Shown here: positions 39,302 through 49,522 of the stretch, piece after piece
Layout of the letters: each line of letters opens with the position of its first letter
Numbering within the stretch: position 1 is the first letter of the stretch
NCBI GenBank assembly: GCA_963666485.2
Contig: CAXXUO010000001.1
Span: 320,001-384,000 of the forward strand
Origin: Syntrophorhabdaceae bacterium
GTDB lineage: Bacteria > Desulfobacterota > Syntrophorhabdia > Syntrophorhabdales > Syntrophorhabdaceae
Direction: 5' to 3'
DNA: 64,000 nucleotides
Program-made: the position numbers and the translations under genes
Notes under the pieces: model-generated
Told to the model about the DNA's origin: nothing
The model's database searches: none
The model's input: only the letters and a program-made list of their open reading frames with translations

Positions 39302-40660
39302 ATGGACAGGGTCGGCATACTGGTTGTCGAAGATGAAGAATCACAGCGGTCGCTCCTTGCCGGGCTTCTGAAAAACGAGGGGTACACGGTGGGCGAGGCC
39401 GCGGACGGGGCGACAGCCTACGAACTCCTCCAAAAGGGCATATACGAGATCGTCCTGCTTGACTATCGCCTTCCCGACACGGACGGGCTGGCTCTTCTCA
39501 AAAAAATAAAAGAGCTGAACCCGTCGACCGAGGTCGTGATGGTTACGGCATTCGGAAGCATCGAGAACGCGGTGGGCGCCCTGAAGGCCGGCGCGTCCGA
39601 ATACCTCACGAAACCGGTCGACCTCGACGACCTCTTGTTCAAGCTTCGCAAGATCGAGGAAAAGACATACCTTGTCCGGGAGAACATAGTCCTGCGCGAA
39701 ACGCTGCGCGACCGCTTCAAATCGGAAGAGTTCGTTTACCAGAGCGAAAAGATGCACGAAGTGTCGAGCCTTGTCGTGCGGATCGCAAAAACCGATTCGA
39801 CCTGTATCATAGGCGGCGAAAGCGGGGTAGGGAAAGAGGTCGTTCTCAACATGATCCATGCCTTGAGCGACCGCAAGGACTTCCCTCTTATCAAGGTGAA
39901 CTGTGCGGCGATACCGGAGACGCTCCTTGAAAGCGAGCTTTTCGGGTATGAAAAGGGGGCGTTCACCGGGGCATACCAGCGAAAACCGGGCAAGTTCGAG
40001 CTCGCCAACAAGGGTACGATCTTCCTCGACGAGATCGGCGATATACCGCTTCTTCTTCAATCGAAGCTGCTGCGGGTGATCCAGGAAAAGGAGATCGAGC
40101 GCCTGGGAGGTTCGCACCCTGTCAAGGTTGACGTCCGGATCATTGCCGCGACGAACAGGAACCTCGAGGAAGAGGTCAAGAAAGGGGCGTTTCGCGAGGA
40201 CCTTTACTACCGCCTCAATGTCGTGACGATAAACGTGCCGCCCCTCAGGGAAAGGAAAGAGGACATACCGCTTCTCATCGATTTTTTCCTGAAGAAGTAC
40301 AGCATCAAGCATAAGAAGAACGTCAAGGGGTTAACGAGAGAGGCGCGTGATGTCCTCGTAAAATATGATTATCCGGGAAACGTCCGCGAACTGGAGAACA
40401 TACTCGAACGGGCGATCGTTCTGACGCGGGGGGAGCATATCACGAGCGATGACCTGCCGAACCTCGCCGACCACGCCGCCGCTTCAGGCGACGGCAGCAT
40501 CCGGGGGACCGTGGAGTCGCTCGAGCGGTCGATGATCATCGAAGCGCTCGTGAATGCGGACTGGGTCCAGACAAAAGCAGCGCTGGCACTCGGCCTGTCG
40601 GAGCGCATGCTGCGCTACAAGATAAAGAAATACAACATCGTCAGATCGTCGCGATCGTGA
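39302..40660 (+). CDS. sigma54-dependent response regulator (NtrC/ZraR family)
   Basis: Receiver; GESGVGKE; GAFTGA; FLDEI; PGNVREL; Fis-type HTH. Confidence 0.95.
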   Translation: MDRVGILVVEDEESQRSLLAGLLKNEGYTVGEAADGATAYELLQKGIYEIVLLDYRLPDTDGLALLKKIKELNPSTEVVMVTAFGSIENAVGALKAGASEYLTKPVDLDDLLFKLRKIEEKTYLVRENIVLRETLRDRFKSEEFVYQSEKMHEVSSLVVRIAKTDSTCIIGGESGVGKEVVLNMIHALSDRKDFPLIKVNCAAIPETLLESELFGYEKGAFTGAYQRKPGKFELANKGTIFLDEIGDIPLLLQSKLLRVIQEKEIERLGGSHPVKVDVRIIAATNRNLEEEVKKGAFREDLYYRLNVVTINVPPLRERKEDIPLLIDFFLKKYSIKHKKNVKGLTREARDVLVKYDYPGNVRELENILERAIVLTRGEHITSDDLPNLADHAAASGDGSIRGTVESLERSMIIEALVNADWVQTKAALALGLSERMLRYKIKKYNIVRSSRS

Positions 40661-40720
40661 TCCCAAACCCGCGAATCTTCGGGTAATTGAATATTTTCAC
40701 TCCGGATGTTATAGATACCT

Positions 40721-41851
40721 ATGCCAGATCCAGTACCGTACGAGATCACGACCCATGGCGACGGGGATGTAACCCTTGTTTTGACGGGAAGACTGGACCT
40801 TGCCCGTTTCGGCATCTTAAGCCCGCTCATTGAGGAGCTTTTCGCGTCGTATAAGCCAGTCAAACTCGATGTCGACATGGCCGGCATAGATCATATCGAT
40901 TCCACGGGTGCCCTGTTCATCATCAAGCTCGAGGATGAGGCGCGCGCGCGCGATGTCCCATTCTCCATCCGCGGCCTCTCTAAGGAAAAAATGGCGATCC
41001 TGGGCCTTATCGACAGGCATGCCATAGCTGCACCGAGCCTTGCACCCGCTGAACGCACCTTAAGCATAATCGAGAATCTAGGAAATGCGTCCATTAAAGC
41101 GGTACAGGACCTGTACGATATCACAGCTTTTTCAGGGGAGCTGGTCTATGAGCTCTTCCATTCAGCGAGACATATTCGCAAGGTTCGCTGGAGCGACGTC
41201 GTCTCCTACATGAAAAAGGTCGGCGTCGACGGCCTGCCCATCGTGGGGCTCATCAGCTTCCTCCTCGGCCTCATCATGGCCTTCATGTCCTCACTCCAGC
41301 TCAAGCAGTTCGGTGCGAACATCTACGTCGCATCGCTCGTGGCCGTCGCCATGATACGTGAGCTCGGGCCCATTATGACCGCCATTATCGTTGCCGGGCG
41401 GTCGGGCTCCGCATTCGCTGCCGAGATAGGCACCATGAAGGTGAACGAAGAGGTCGACGCCCTTGCAACGATGGGGTTCAGCCCGATGCGTTTCCTGACC
41501 ATCCCGAAGGTCATCGCCTCGTTGCTTACGGTGCCGGTGCTGACCATTTTTTCAAGCGTCTTTGCGATCATGGGGGGGCTCATCGTCGGGGTGGTGGGGC
41601 TTAACCTCACGATCTTTACCTATGTACAGCAGACGATGAAGGCTATCGCCATTTTCGATGTCGTATCGGGACTTGCTAAATCCGTTGTTTTCGCCATAAC
41701 GATATCCGCCATAGGGTGCCAGAGGGGCTTCAAGGTGCGCGGCGGCGCGGAAGCGGTCGGCAACGCGACCACGTCGGCGGTTGTTACGTCGATATTTCTC
41801 ATTATTGTTATCGATTCCACCTTTGCTATAATACTTCATTACATTCACTAG
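40721..41851 (+). CDS. mlaE: MlaE-family ABC permease with N-terminal STAS domain
   Basis: HIDSTG (STAS), RELGP, AGRSGSAFAAEIGTMKVNEEVDAL. Confidence 0.9.
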   Translation: MPDPVPYEITTHGDGDVTLVLTGRLDLARFGILSPLIEELFASYKPVKLDVDMAGIDHIDSTGALFIIKLEDEARARDVPFSIRGLSKEKMAILGLIDRHAIAAPSLAPAERTLSIIENLGNASIKAVQDLYDITAFSGELVYELFHSARHIRKVRWSDVVSYMKKVGVDGLPIVGLISFLLGLIMAFMSSLQLKQFGANIYVASLVAVAMIRELGPIMTAIIVAGRSGSAFAAEIGTMKVNEEVDALATMGFSPMRFLTIPKVIASLLTVPVLTIFSSVFAIMGGLIVGVVGLNLTIFTYVQQTMKAIAIFDVVSGLAKSVVFAITISAIGCQRGFKVRGGAEAVGNATTSAVVTSIFLIIVIDSTFAIILHYIH

Positions 41852-41854
41852 AAG

Positions 41855-42649
41855 GTGGGGAAGGAACTGAACACGTCTGAACCGGTCATAGCAGTAGAAG
41901 GGCTTACCGTACGATACGGGGACAATACCGTCCTCGACAACGTCGCGTTCAAGGTAAACGCCGGGGAGATATTCGTCATCATGGGCGGGAGCGGATGCGG
42001 AAAGTCGACCCTCCTCAAGCATGTCATCGGCATTGAACAGCCTGCCGAAGGCAGGATATGGATAAACGGGGTCGACACCTCGCTCCTCGATGACGTAGAG
42101 CTGAGGGACCTGCATATGGGCATCGGCATGTTGTTCCAGTCGGCCGCGCTCTTCGGCTCGATGACGGTCGGCGAAAACATCTCCCTTCCCCTCACCGAGT
42201 TCACGCCCCTTTCACGCCCGGACATCCGATCGGTCGTGAAAATGAAACTCGGAATGGTGGAACTTGCGGGATACGACAATCATTTCCCTGCCGAGCTTTC
42301 GGGGGGAATGAAAAAAAGAGCGGGCATCGCCCGGGCAATGGCGCTCGAGCCCGCGATGCTTTTCCTCGATGAGCCTTCAGCCGGGCTCGACCCTGTCACA
42401 TCGGCGGAGCTCGACCTACTCATCAAGAAGCTCAACGAGGGCACCGGCACAACAATGGTCATCGTGACCCATGAGCTCGAGACCATTTTCAACATAGCAC
42501 ACCGCGTGATCATGCTCGACAGGGATGCAAAGGGCGTCATCGCGGAAGGCGACCCCCGCAGGTTGAGGACGGAGTCGAAGGACCGGAGGGTCACCGACTT
42601 CTTCAACAGGCGGGTGCCGGACAAAACGAACGAAGGAACGTCATCATGA
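41855..42649 (+). CDS. mlaF: MlaF-family ABC ATPase
   Basis: GGSGCGKS, LSGGMKKR, DEPSAGLDP. Confidence 0.9.
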   Translation: MGKELNTSEPVIAVEGLTVRYGDNTVLDNVAFKVNAGEIFVIMGGSGCGKSTLLKHVIGIEQPAEGRIWINGVDTSLLDDVELRDLHMGIGMLFQSAALFGSMTVGENISLPLTEFTPLSRPDIRSVVKMKLGMVELAGYDNHFPAELSGGMKKRAGIARAMALEPAMLFLDEPSAGLDPVTSAELDLLIKKLNEGTGTTMVIVTHELETIFNIAHRVIMLDRDAKGVIAEGDPRRLRTESKDRRVTDFFNRRVPDKTNEGTSS

Positions 42650-43569
42650 TAAAGAAAAAAACCTATTTCCTCGTGGGTTTTTTCGTACTGGCAGGTGCCC
42701 TCATTGCGATAGGCACCATAGTCTGGCTGGGAGCGTCTCAATATTTCGCCAAAGGCGAGCGCTTTGTCACATATTTCGATGAATCCGTCCAGGGCCTGCA
42801 GGTCGACTCGAGCGTAAAATATCGCGGGGTGGAGATCGGCATGGTTGAAAAGATCAGAGTCGCTCCCGATTACAGGTTGATCGAGGTCGTCATGAAGATC
42901 AATTTCAGCGGTGACGCGGCAAACAACACTATTGCCAAGTTGAAGGCGGCCGGGATAACGGGCATCGTGTATGTCGAACTCGACCACCGGAAAAGGGGCG
43001 ACCTCGCCAGGACACCGCCCATCCCCTTTGAACCGGATTATCCCCTGATCCCGTCGAACCCTTCCGAGCTACAGGAGATCGTGTCGGGGGTCGATGAAAT
43101 AGTCAAGAAAATGCAGGCGATAGATTTCCAGGCTATCTCGGATGAGCTTGTCGCCGCGACAAAAGGCGTGAACAATTTCTTCGCCGGCAACAAAATGAGC
43201 AAGATCATATCGAACCTGGAGCATATGACGCAGACGCTCGCCGATTCGGCAAACCAGGTCTCAAAAATGTTAGGCGACGGAAGGGCGGACGCCCTGCTCA
43301 CGGACGCACGCGATGCGGTGCGCGACGCCAAAGAGACGATCGCGCGGCTCAAACAGGAGATGGAAAAGATGAAGCTGGCCGAGACCACGGGGAAGGCAAA
43401 CAAGCTCATGGACGATCTCTCGCGCCGGTCGAGAACGATCACCATGGAGGTCCAGCAGACAAGCGAGAACCTGCGGAGGGCATCGGACAATCTCGATCAG
43501 CTCATACAGAGGCTCAAGGCGGACCCGTCGGACATACTGTTCAGTGACCCACCCCCGAAAAAGAGGTAG
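42646..43569 (+). CDS. mlaD: MlaD/MCE-domain protein with helical extension
   Basis: VGFFV, ESVQGL...VKYRGVEIG; C-terminal coiled coil. Confidence 0.88.
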   Translation: MIKKKTYFLVGFFVLAGALIAIGTIVWLGASQYFAKGERFVTYFDESVQGLQVDSSVKYRGVEIGMVEKIRVAPDYRLIEVVMKINFSGDAANNTIAKLKAAGITGIVYVELDHRKRGDLARTPPIPFEPDYPLIPSNPSELQEIVSGVDEIVKKMQAIDFQAISDELVAATKGVNNFFAGNKMSKIISNLEHMTQTLADSANQVSKMLGDGRADALLTDARDAVRDAKETIARLKQEMEKMKLAETTGKANKLMDDLSRRSRTITMEVQQTSENLRRASDNLDQLIQRLKADPSDILFSDPPPKKR

Positions 43570-43572
43570 CGT

Positions 43573-44208
43573 ATGAAAATGAGGAAGAGAAATATAGGGC
43601 TTATTACTGCCATCATTATATGTACCGCGCTGTTGGCCGGCTGTTTCGGCAAGACCAAGCCTCCTTACACCATGGAACAGTTTACCCTGGACTACGCATC
43701 GCCGAAGGCGGGTGACCGGGCGCCGATCGATGAATTGCTGACGGTCGAAAGGTTCGCCATTGCACCCCAGTTCAATTCCCCGTCTATGATGATACGCACC
43801 GGGCAATACAAGTTCGAAACGTATGATTACAGCCGCTGGTTCGTCAACCCCGCCGATATGCTGACCGGCTTCGTCCTGCGGGACATCACGCGCTCGGGGT
43901 TGTTCAAGGGTACGTATTCCCAGTATGATACCGAGCTTTCCCGGTACCTCCTGGAAGGTTATATCGAGGACTTCGGGGAAACGGCCGACGGGCAAGCCCG
44001 GGTGAGCATCCGCATGACGCTCATCGACACAAGCCGACAGAACCCGGTGGAGCAGATAATCTTCCAGAGGCAGTACGCTCAGTCGGCGCCGCTCGCTGAC
44101 CACTCGGCAAACGGGCTCGCCGCCGCCTTGAGCTCGGCGATGCAGGAATTGTCGGCACGGCTTATCACCGATATAGATGCGGTATTACGGGCAAAAACCG
44201 GCAAATAG
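43573..44208 (+). CDS. ABC-transport auxiliary lipoprotein (PqiC-like)
   Basis: Lipobox LAGC; RWFVNPADML; follows the MCE gene. Confidence 0.8.
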   Translation: MKMRKRNIGLITAIIICTALLAGCFGKTKPPYTMEQFTLDYASPKAGDRAPIDELLTVERFAIAPQFNSPSMMIRTGQYKFETYDYSRWFVNPADMLTGFVLRDITRSGLFKGTYSQYDTELSRYLLEGYIEDFGETADGQARVSIRMTLIDTSRQNPVEQIIFQRQYAQSAPLADHSANGLAAALSSAMQELSARLITDIDAVLRAKTGK

Positions 44209-44304
44209 TGCATGGCTACTTTTTGTTTGACTTTACCGGCGGCGAAAGAATATCTTAAAATCGAAGCATATCCCTCGGCAGGGGTTTAAAACCAAGGCTT
44301 ATTT

Positions 44305-45042
44305 ATGACACGCAAAGACCCACTTGTGGACCTGTTGATACACGATCTTACCGGTCCTTTATCCATCGTGTTGACGAGCGTGAACAACCTTCTCACCAAA
44401 GAAGAGAAGTGCGGCCCCTACACGGAATACCAGGTCGACACGTTAAAACGCGCCCAGCGCAACGCCGAGAAGGCAAAGGCCCTTTTGCTCGAGATCATCG
44501 AGGTCTACAGGTCCGAGGAAGGTCTCTTCCGCAACGAAAACTTCATGATTGCCGATGTCCTCAAGGAGGCCCTGCTCGATGCCCTGGAAATAGTCGATCC
44601 TGCTATATGCGAGGAGCTTTCCCGCGGCGGGGAGCAATCATTTACGGAAATACTCGCCCGCAACGGGATCACGATAGACCTGAGCGGGAGGTACTGTAAT
44701 GAATCCTTCAGCCATGATCCGAAAAAAATACGGCAGATACTGAGAAATCTCATATCGAACGCACTAAAGTATCGAAAGAAAACGATGAAATTGACCCTCA
44801 CCGGGGACAGCGACCTCGTCATTGCCGTCGAAGATGACGGGCGCGGCATCCCGCAGGAGAAACAGACCTATATTTTCAAGCGTTTTTTCAGCAGTCAGAA
44901 CAAAAAAGAGGAACCCGACGGACTCGGCTTCGGCCTCTCATGTGTAAAACATATTGTCGAAAAAATGAAAGGTGATATATCATTAAAAAGCGGTGAAGGT
45001 GCAGGTTCATGTTTTACCGTTCGTATACCGCCCCTTTCATAG
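44305..45042 (+). CDS. Histidine kinase lacking a sensor domain
   Basis: LIHDLTGPL at residue ~13, NLISNALKY, DDGRGI, GLGFGL. Confidence 0.85.
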   Translation: MTRKDPLVDLLIHDLTGPLSIVLTSVNNLLTKEEKCGPYTEYQVDTLKRAQRNAEKAKALLLEIIEVYRSEEGLFRNENFMIADVLKEALLDALEIVDPAICEELSRGGEQSFTEILARNGITIDLSGRYCNESFSHDPKKIRQILRNLISNALKYRKKTMKLTLTGDSDLVIAVEDDGRGIPQEKQTYIFKRFFSSQNKKEEPDGLGFGLSCVKHIVEKMKGDISLKSGEGAGSCFTVRIPPLS

Positions 45043-45065
45043 ATGAACAAAAATAAAAGGAGGTT

Positions 45066-45557
45066 ATGATGGCACAATCAATTCTCGATGGAAAACGGAT
45101 ACTGGCAGTTGACGATGAGCCCGATGTCCTCAAAGTGCTTGAAGAAGAAATTATGGATTCGTGCCCGAAATGCACTCTCGATAAAGCGACCAATTTTGAA
45201 GATGCCTCCAACCTGATCGCCACGAAGAGCTACGATGTTGTCGTCCTCGACATCATGGGCGTGCGCGGCTTTGATCTCCTTGACATGGCCGTGAAGAAAA
45301 ACATGAAGGTCGCCATGCTCACAGCCCACGCATTGAGCCCCGAAGCACTCAAGAAATCGTATGACATGAAAGCGCGCGCCTATCTCCCGAAAGACAAGCT
45401 CGGTGAGGTGGTCCCTTTTCTTGAGGACGTCCTGGCGACGGATTTTCAGTCCGGCTGGACAAAGCTCTTCGAAAAGCTCCACGGTTTCTTCACCGACAGG
45501 TTCGAATCCGACTGGGAAAAGAAGACCGGCCTCACGTGGAGGGAGTGGCAGAAATAG
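45066..45557 (+). CDS. Response regulator (receiver plus short C-terminal extension)
   Basis: ILAVDDE, VVLDIMG, MLTA, YLPK. Confidence 0.88.
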   Translation: MMAQSILDGKRILAVDDEPDVLKVLEEEIMDSCPKCTLDKATNFEDASNLIATKSYDVVVLDIMGVRGFDLLDMAVKKNMKVAMLTAHALSPEALKKSYDMKARAYLPKDKLGEVVPFLEDVLATDFQSGWTKLFEKLHGFFTDRFESDWEKKTGLTWREWQK

Positions 45558-45573
45558 TAGAAAAAGGTTCAAT

Positions 45574-45607
45574 AAAAAAAGCGGGCCAAAACTGGCCCGC
45601 TTTTTTT
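45574..45607. terminator. Bidirectional-type intrinsic terminator
   Basis: A7-GCGGGCCA AAAC TGGCCCGC-T7. Confidence 0.8.
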
Positions 45608-45608
45608 A

Positions 45609-45713
45609 TTCCAGGTTCCACGTTCCACGTAAAAGATACCGAACACCTCGAGGAATAACGGGAGATCTTCTTTTTTTAACGTGGAACGTGGAACCTGGAA
45701 CGTGGAACGGTTT
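45609..45713. repeat. Inverted heptamer-array element (GTTCCAC/GTGGAAC)
   Basis: Right arm 45674-45713 identical to 29961-30000. Confidence 0.9.
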
Positions 45714-45779
45714 CTTGATTTGCCCGCCCTTTTAAGTTAAATTACACAGGATTTAGCGAAGATCGGAGGACCATTTGCC

Positions 45780-46760
45780 ATGAAGCGGATATTCAGCGGG
45801 ATACAGCCGACGGGGGAGATACACCTGGGCAATTATGTCGGGGCGATCAGGAACTGGGTCTATCTCCAGGAAGAATATGATTGCATTTTCAGCGTGGTCG
45901 ACTACCATGCTATCACCATCGAATATCCCGTTGAGGAGATGGCGAGGCGCACTCTCGAAACCGGGCTTATCCTGCTTGCCTGCGGCCTCACCCCCGAAAA
46001 ATCCAGAATATTCGTCCAGTCGCACGTTCCCGAGCACACCGAGCTTGCCTGGATATTCAATACCGTGACGCCGATCGGTGAGGTCGAGCGAATGACGCAG
46101 TTCAAAGACAAGTCAAAACAGCACCGGTCGAACATCAACATGGGCCTCATGGACTACCCCGTGCTGCAGGCTGCTGACATCCTCCTTTACAAGGCCGGGT
46201 TCGTCCCTGTCGGCGAGGACCAGGTGCAGCACATCGAACTTTCCCGTGAGGTAGCGCGGAAGTTCAATGCCCGCTTCGGCGATGTCTTCCCCGAGCCCCA
46301 GGAGATACTGTCGATGGCCCCGCGGATCCTTGGCGTCGACGGCCAGGCCAAGATGTCGAAATCGCTGGGCAATTTTATCGGGGTCCTGGAAGATGAAAAA
46401 AGCATCTGGGAGAAGCTCCGCACCGCGGTCACAGACGTCAACCGGGTACGCAGGACCGACCCCGGTGACCCGAACATATGCAACATTTACACGATCCACC
46501 GGGCATTTTCCGAGAACAGCATGCTGATAGATATTGACAAAGGGTGCACGACCGCCGGTATCGGCTGCATCGACTGCAAGAAAATGCTTTTCGAGAACCT
46601 GAAAAAAGAGCTCACCCCTATCCGCGAAAAGGCCCGAGAACTTGAAGGCAACATCGATTACGTCAAGGACGTCCTTAACAAGGGCGCCGCGGCCTGCCGG
46701 GAGATAGCGGACGAAACCATGGAAGAAGTCAGGAAAGTCATGGGACTGTACGTTCCATAA
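45780..46760 (+). CDS. trpS: Tryptophan--tRNA ligase
   Basis: SGIQPTG..HLGN, YPVLQAADIL, VPVGEDQ, KMSKS. Confidence 0.97.
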   Translation: MKRIFSGIQPTGEIHLGNYVGAIRNWVYLQEEYDCIFSVVDYHAITIEYPVEEMARRTLETGLILLACGLTPEKSRIFVQSHVPEHTELAWIFNTVTPIGEVERMTQFKDKSKQHRSNINMGLMDYPVLQAADILLYKAGFVPVGEDQVQHIELSREVARKFNARFGDVFPEPQEILSMAPRILGVDGQAKMSKSLGNFIGVLEDEKSIWEKLRTAVTDVNRVRRTDPGDPNICNIYTIHRAFSENSMLIDIDKGCTTAGIGCIDCKKMLFENLKKELTPIREKARELEGNIDYVKDVLNKGAAACREIADETMEEVRKVMGLYVP

Positions 46761-46762
46761 TC

Positions 46763-46842
46763 GTTCAAGGTTCAAGGTTCAAGGTTAAAAAACGGAAAGC
46801 TCCCCTGACAAACCTTGAACCCGGAACCTTGAACCTTGAACC
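46763..46842. repeat. Inverted heptamer-array element (GTTCAAG/CTTGAAC)
   Basis: Arms 46763-46786 and 46811-46842. Confidence 0.88.
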
Positions 46843-46854
46843 ATTTTTGTTTGG

Positions 46855-46883
46855 TTGACATTTTGCTTTCATGCTTTTAATAT
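46855..46883 (+). promoter_or_regulatory. sigma70-type promoter
   Basis: TTGACA-N17-TAATAT just before the ftsB-like gene. Confidence 0.6.
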
Positions 46884-46892
46884 TAAAGGAAC

Positions 46893-47171
46893 ATGTTAGA
46901 GAATCCCGTAAAGAAATACGGATTTATCATATTCCTCTCAACGATTTTCTTTCACCTTATCCTTATGGATGGGGGAATATATGACCTCTTAAAGGTCAAG
47001 CTGCAAACGAGATCGGCAAAATTATCTGTCATGCGGGTCGAAGAAGAGAATGCGGCACTTTCCCGTGAGCTTCGCAGGATAAAGGAAGACGACCAGTACC
47101 TGGAAGAAATGGTTCGAAAGAAATACGGTCTCGTACGTGAAGGGGAGAAGGTGTACAGGGTTGAACAATGA
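46893..47171 (+). CDS. ftsB: Septum formation initiator (FtsB/DivIC family)
   Basis: TM helix, GG turn, coiled coil, YLEEMVRKKYGLVREGE. Confidence 0.85.
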   Translation: MLENPVKKYGFIIFLSTIFFHLILMDGGIYDLLKVKLQTRSAKLSVMRVEEENAALSRELRRIKEDDQYLEEMVRKKYGLVREGEKVYRVEQ

Positions 47172-48043
47172 AATACGAAGGAACGATTTACAGGCCCCCC
47201 AGCGAGGCGGACAGCCTCATTCTACAGATAACGATCGGCTGCTCCCATAACAAGTGCACATTCTGCGGTTCTTATAAAGACAAGAAATTCCGGGTACGTA
47301 CATTTGAAGAGATAGCCGAAGACGTGCAGGAAGCAAAGCAGTATGCCCGTTACATCAGGAAGGTCTTCCTCGCTGACGGCGACGCGCTTATCCTCCCGCA
47401 GAAAAAGCTCCTGCCCATCGTCCAGCTTGTCAGGGATGCATTTCCCAAGCTCGAGCGGATAGGCGTCTACGGAAATACGAAGTCCATCCTCAAAAAATCG
47501 GTCGAGGAACTCAAGGAGCTCAAAGACCTGGGCGTGGGTATTGTCTACCTCGGGGTCGAATCGGGCGATCAGGTCGTCCTCGACAGGGTATGCAAAGGCA
47601 CGCTTCTCGATAAGACGGCCCAGGCGGCGCAAAGGGTGAAGGATGCCGGGATACTTCTTTCCGTGACCGTACTGCTCGGCTTAGGCGGCGTCGAGAGAAG
47701 CAGGATACACGCGGAAGAGACAGGGAAGTTCTTAAGCAGGATCAAGCCCGACTATGCCGGCGCCTTGAGCGTCATTGTCGTGCCCGGCACGGTGCTCGCC
47801 GATGAGATAAAGAAAGGCACGTTCGTCGTGCCCGACCCCTACATGCTTCTCGAAGAGCTCTACATCATGATCGAGAACACCAATGTCGACCACACGTATT
47901 TCGCTTCGAACCATGCCTCGAATTACCTTCCCGTCAAGGCATGGCTTCCCGAAGAGAAGGAAAAGACGTTAAAAGCGATAAAACATGTCCTGTCCGAGCG
48001 GGACCCGTCAATGCTCAGGCCCGAGTTCATGAGGGCCCTGTAG
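47168..48043 (+). CDS. Radical SAM protein
   Basis: YRPPSEA, CSHNKCTFC (CxxxCxxC), SNHASNY. Confidence 0.9.
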   Translation: MKYEGTIYRPPSEADSLILQITIGCSHNKCTFCGSYKDKKFRVRTFEEIAEDVQEAKQYARYIRKVFLADGDALILPQKKLLPIVQLVRDAFPKLERIGVYGNTKSILKKSVEELKELKDLGVGIVYLGVESGDQVVLDRVCKGTLLDKTAQAAQRVKDAGILLSVTVLLGLGGVERSRIHAEETGKFLSRIKPDYAGALSVIVVPGTVLADEIKKGTFVVPDPYMLLEELYIMIENTNVDHTYFASNHASNYLPVKAWLPEEKEKTLKAIKHVLSERDPSMLRPEFMRAL

Positions 48044-48044
48044 C

Positions 48045-48476
48045 ATGAACGCAATGATGGGCGGCAGTGACCTTGAATTTGTGGAGACACCCATACGTGT
48101 CCGGTATGCGGACACGGACCAGATGGGAATAGTCTACTACGGCAACTACCCCGCGTTTTTCGAGGTCGGCCGCAGCGAGTACATGCGCCAGAAAGGATAC
48201 CCGTACCGGGACGTTGAGCAAATGGGGTATTACTTCGTCGTGGTGGGCCTCGAGGCAAAATATTACGGCAACGCGACCTATGACGACGTTGTTGTCGTAA
48301 AGACCAGGATCACGGAGCTGAAATCGAGGGGGATCACCTTTCACTACGTCGTGACGCTCGACGGGACCCTTGTGGTCGAGGGGAGTACAAAGCACATCTG
48401 CATCAACAGCGATAAAAAACCGGTTACCATACCGCAAGAGATCCTCGATATATTCCGAGATGGCCGAACCGCATAA
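48045..48476 (+). CDS. Acyl-CoA thioesterase (YbgC/FadM hot-dog fold)
   Basis: RVRYADTDQMGIVYYGNY. Confidence 0.9.
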   Translation: MNAMMGGSDLEFVETPIRVRYADTDQMGIVYYGNYPAFFEVGRSEYMRQKGYPYRDVEQMGYYFVVVGLEAKYYGNATYDDVVVVKTRITELKSRGITFHYVVTLDGTLVVEGSTKHICINSDKKPVTIPQEILDIFRDGRTA

Positions 48477-49521
48477 CATCCTGGTCATCCGCTTGAGTTC
48501 CTTGGGCGACGTCCTGATGAGCGTCCCGGCAGTGCGTGCATTGCGCCGGCGCTTTCCTCAAGCACATATCTCGTGGCTTGCCGAGGGGTCCGTCGCGGGC
48601 ATCCTCGCCCAGCAGGATTTCATCGACGACGTCATTTACTTCCCGCGGGGCGCCATCTCCCGGCATCTCAAAACAGGCCATTTGCCGACGACAGCGTACA
48701 TCCTGAAGGATTTCCTGAAAACCTTGAGGCAGCGTAAGTACGACCTCATCATTGATTTTCACGGGATCGCAAAGAGTGTCGCGATGATGCTGCTCGCGCG
48801 AGGAGGCAGGACCGTCGGTTTCGGGACCATGTACGCTAAGGACTTAAGCCACGTGTTCTACCGTGAAAAGATCCACGGGGTCCAAAAACGTATCCACAAA
48901 GTGGACCGGAACATGCTCGTTGCCAATTTTATGGGATGCAGTGAACAGGCGGCGGAACTTCCGCTTCGGGCCCATGATGAATCCCGTCGCTACATACGCG
49001 AGTTTTTCCAGTCTCACAATATACAGCAACCGGTATTTGCCGTGAATCCCTTTGCCAGCAAAGACTCCGCGTTCAAGCGCTGGCCGCTGGAGCGTTACGC
49101 AGACCTCGCAGGCAGGATCATAGAGAGCAAAATGGGATCCGTCGTCATTATCTGGGGCCCCGGGGAGCGCGAGGAGGCGACGAGGCTTGCCGCAATGGCG
49201 GGGGAAGGCGTCGAGCTCGCCTGCCAGACCGATATTGCCCAGCTCTATGCCCTTCTTACCGAGTGCTGCGCCTATATCGGCGGCGATACGGGAACGACCC
49301 ATCTTGCATCCGCGGCGCAGATACCCGTCATCAGCCTTTTCGGGCCAACTGATTTTATTGTGAACCGCCCGTATTCCCGAAAAAGCATCATTATCCGCAA
49401 GGACATACCCTGCAGTCCATGCAAGAACAAGAGCTGCAAAACACGTGAATGCCTGATGGACATATCCGTGGACGAGGTTTTCGAAACGGTAAGAAAGGTC
49501 AACCCGGCAAACGAGGCATAA
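48460..49521 (+). CDS. GT9 LPS heptosyltransferase
   Basis: RLSSLGDV, KRWP, GDTGTTHLA, LFGPT, CSPC. Confidence 0.9.
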   Translation: MAEPHNILVIRLSSLGDVLMSVPAVRALRRRFPQAHISWLAEGSVAGILAQQDFIDDVIYFPRGAISRHLKTGHLPTTAYILKDFLKTLRQRKYDLIIDFHGIAKSVAMMLLARGGRTVGFGTMYAKDLSHVFYREKIHGVQKRIHKVDRNMLVANFMGCSEQAAELPLRAHDESRRYIREFFQSHNIQQPVFAVNPFASKDSAFKRWPLERYADLAGRIIESKMGSVVIIWGPGEREEATRLAAMAGEGVELACQTDIAQLYALLTECCAYIGGDTGTTHLASAAQIPVISLFGPTDFIVNRPYSRKSIIIRKDIPCSPCKNKSCKTRECLMDISVDEVFETVRKVNPANEA

Positions 49522-49522
49522 A

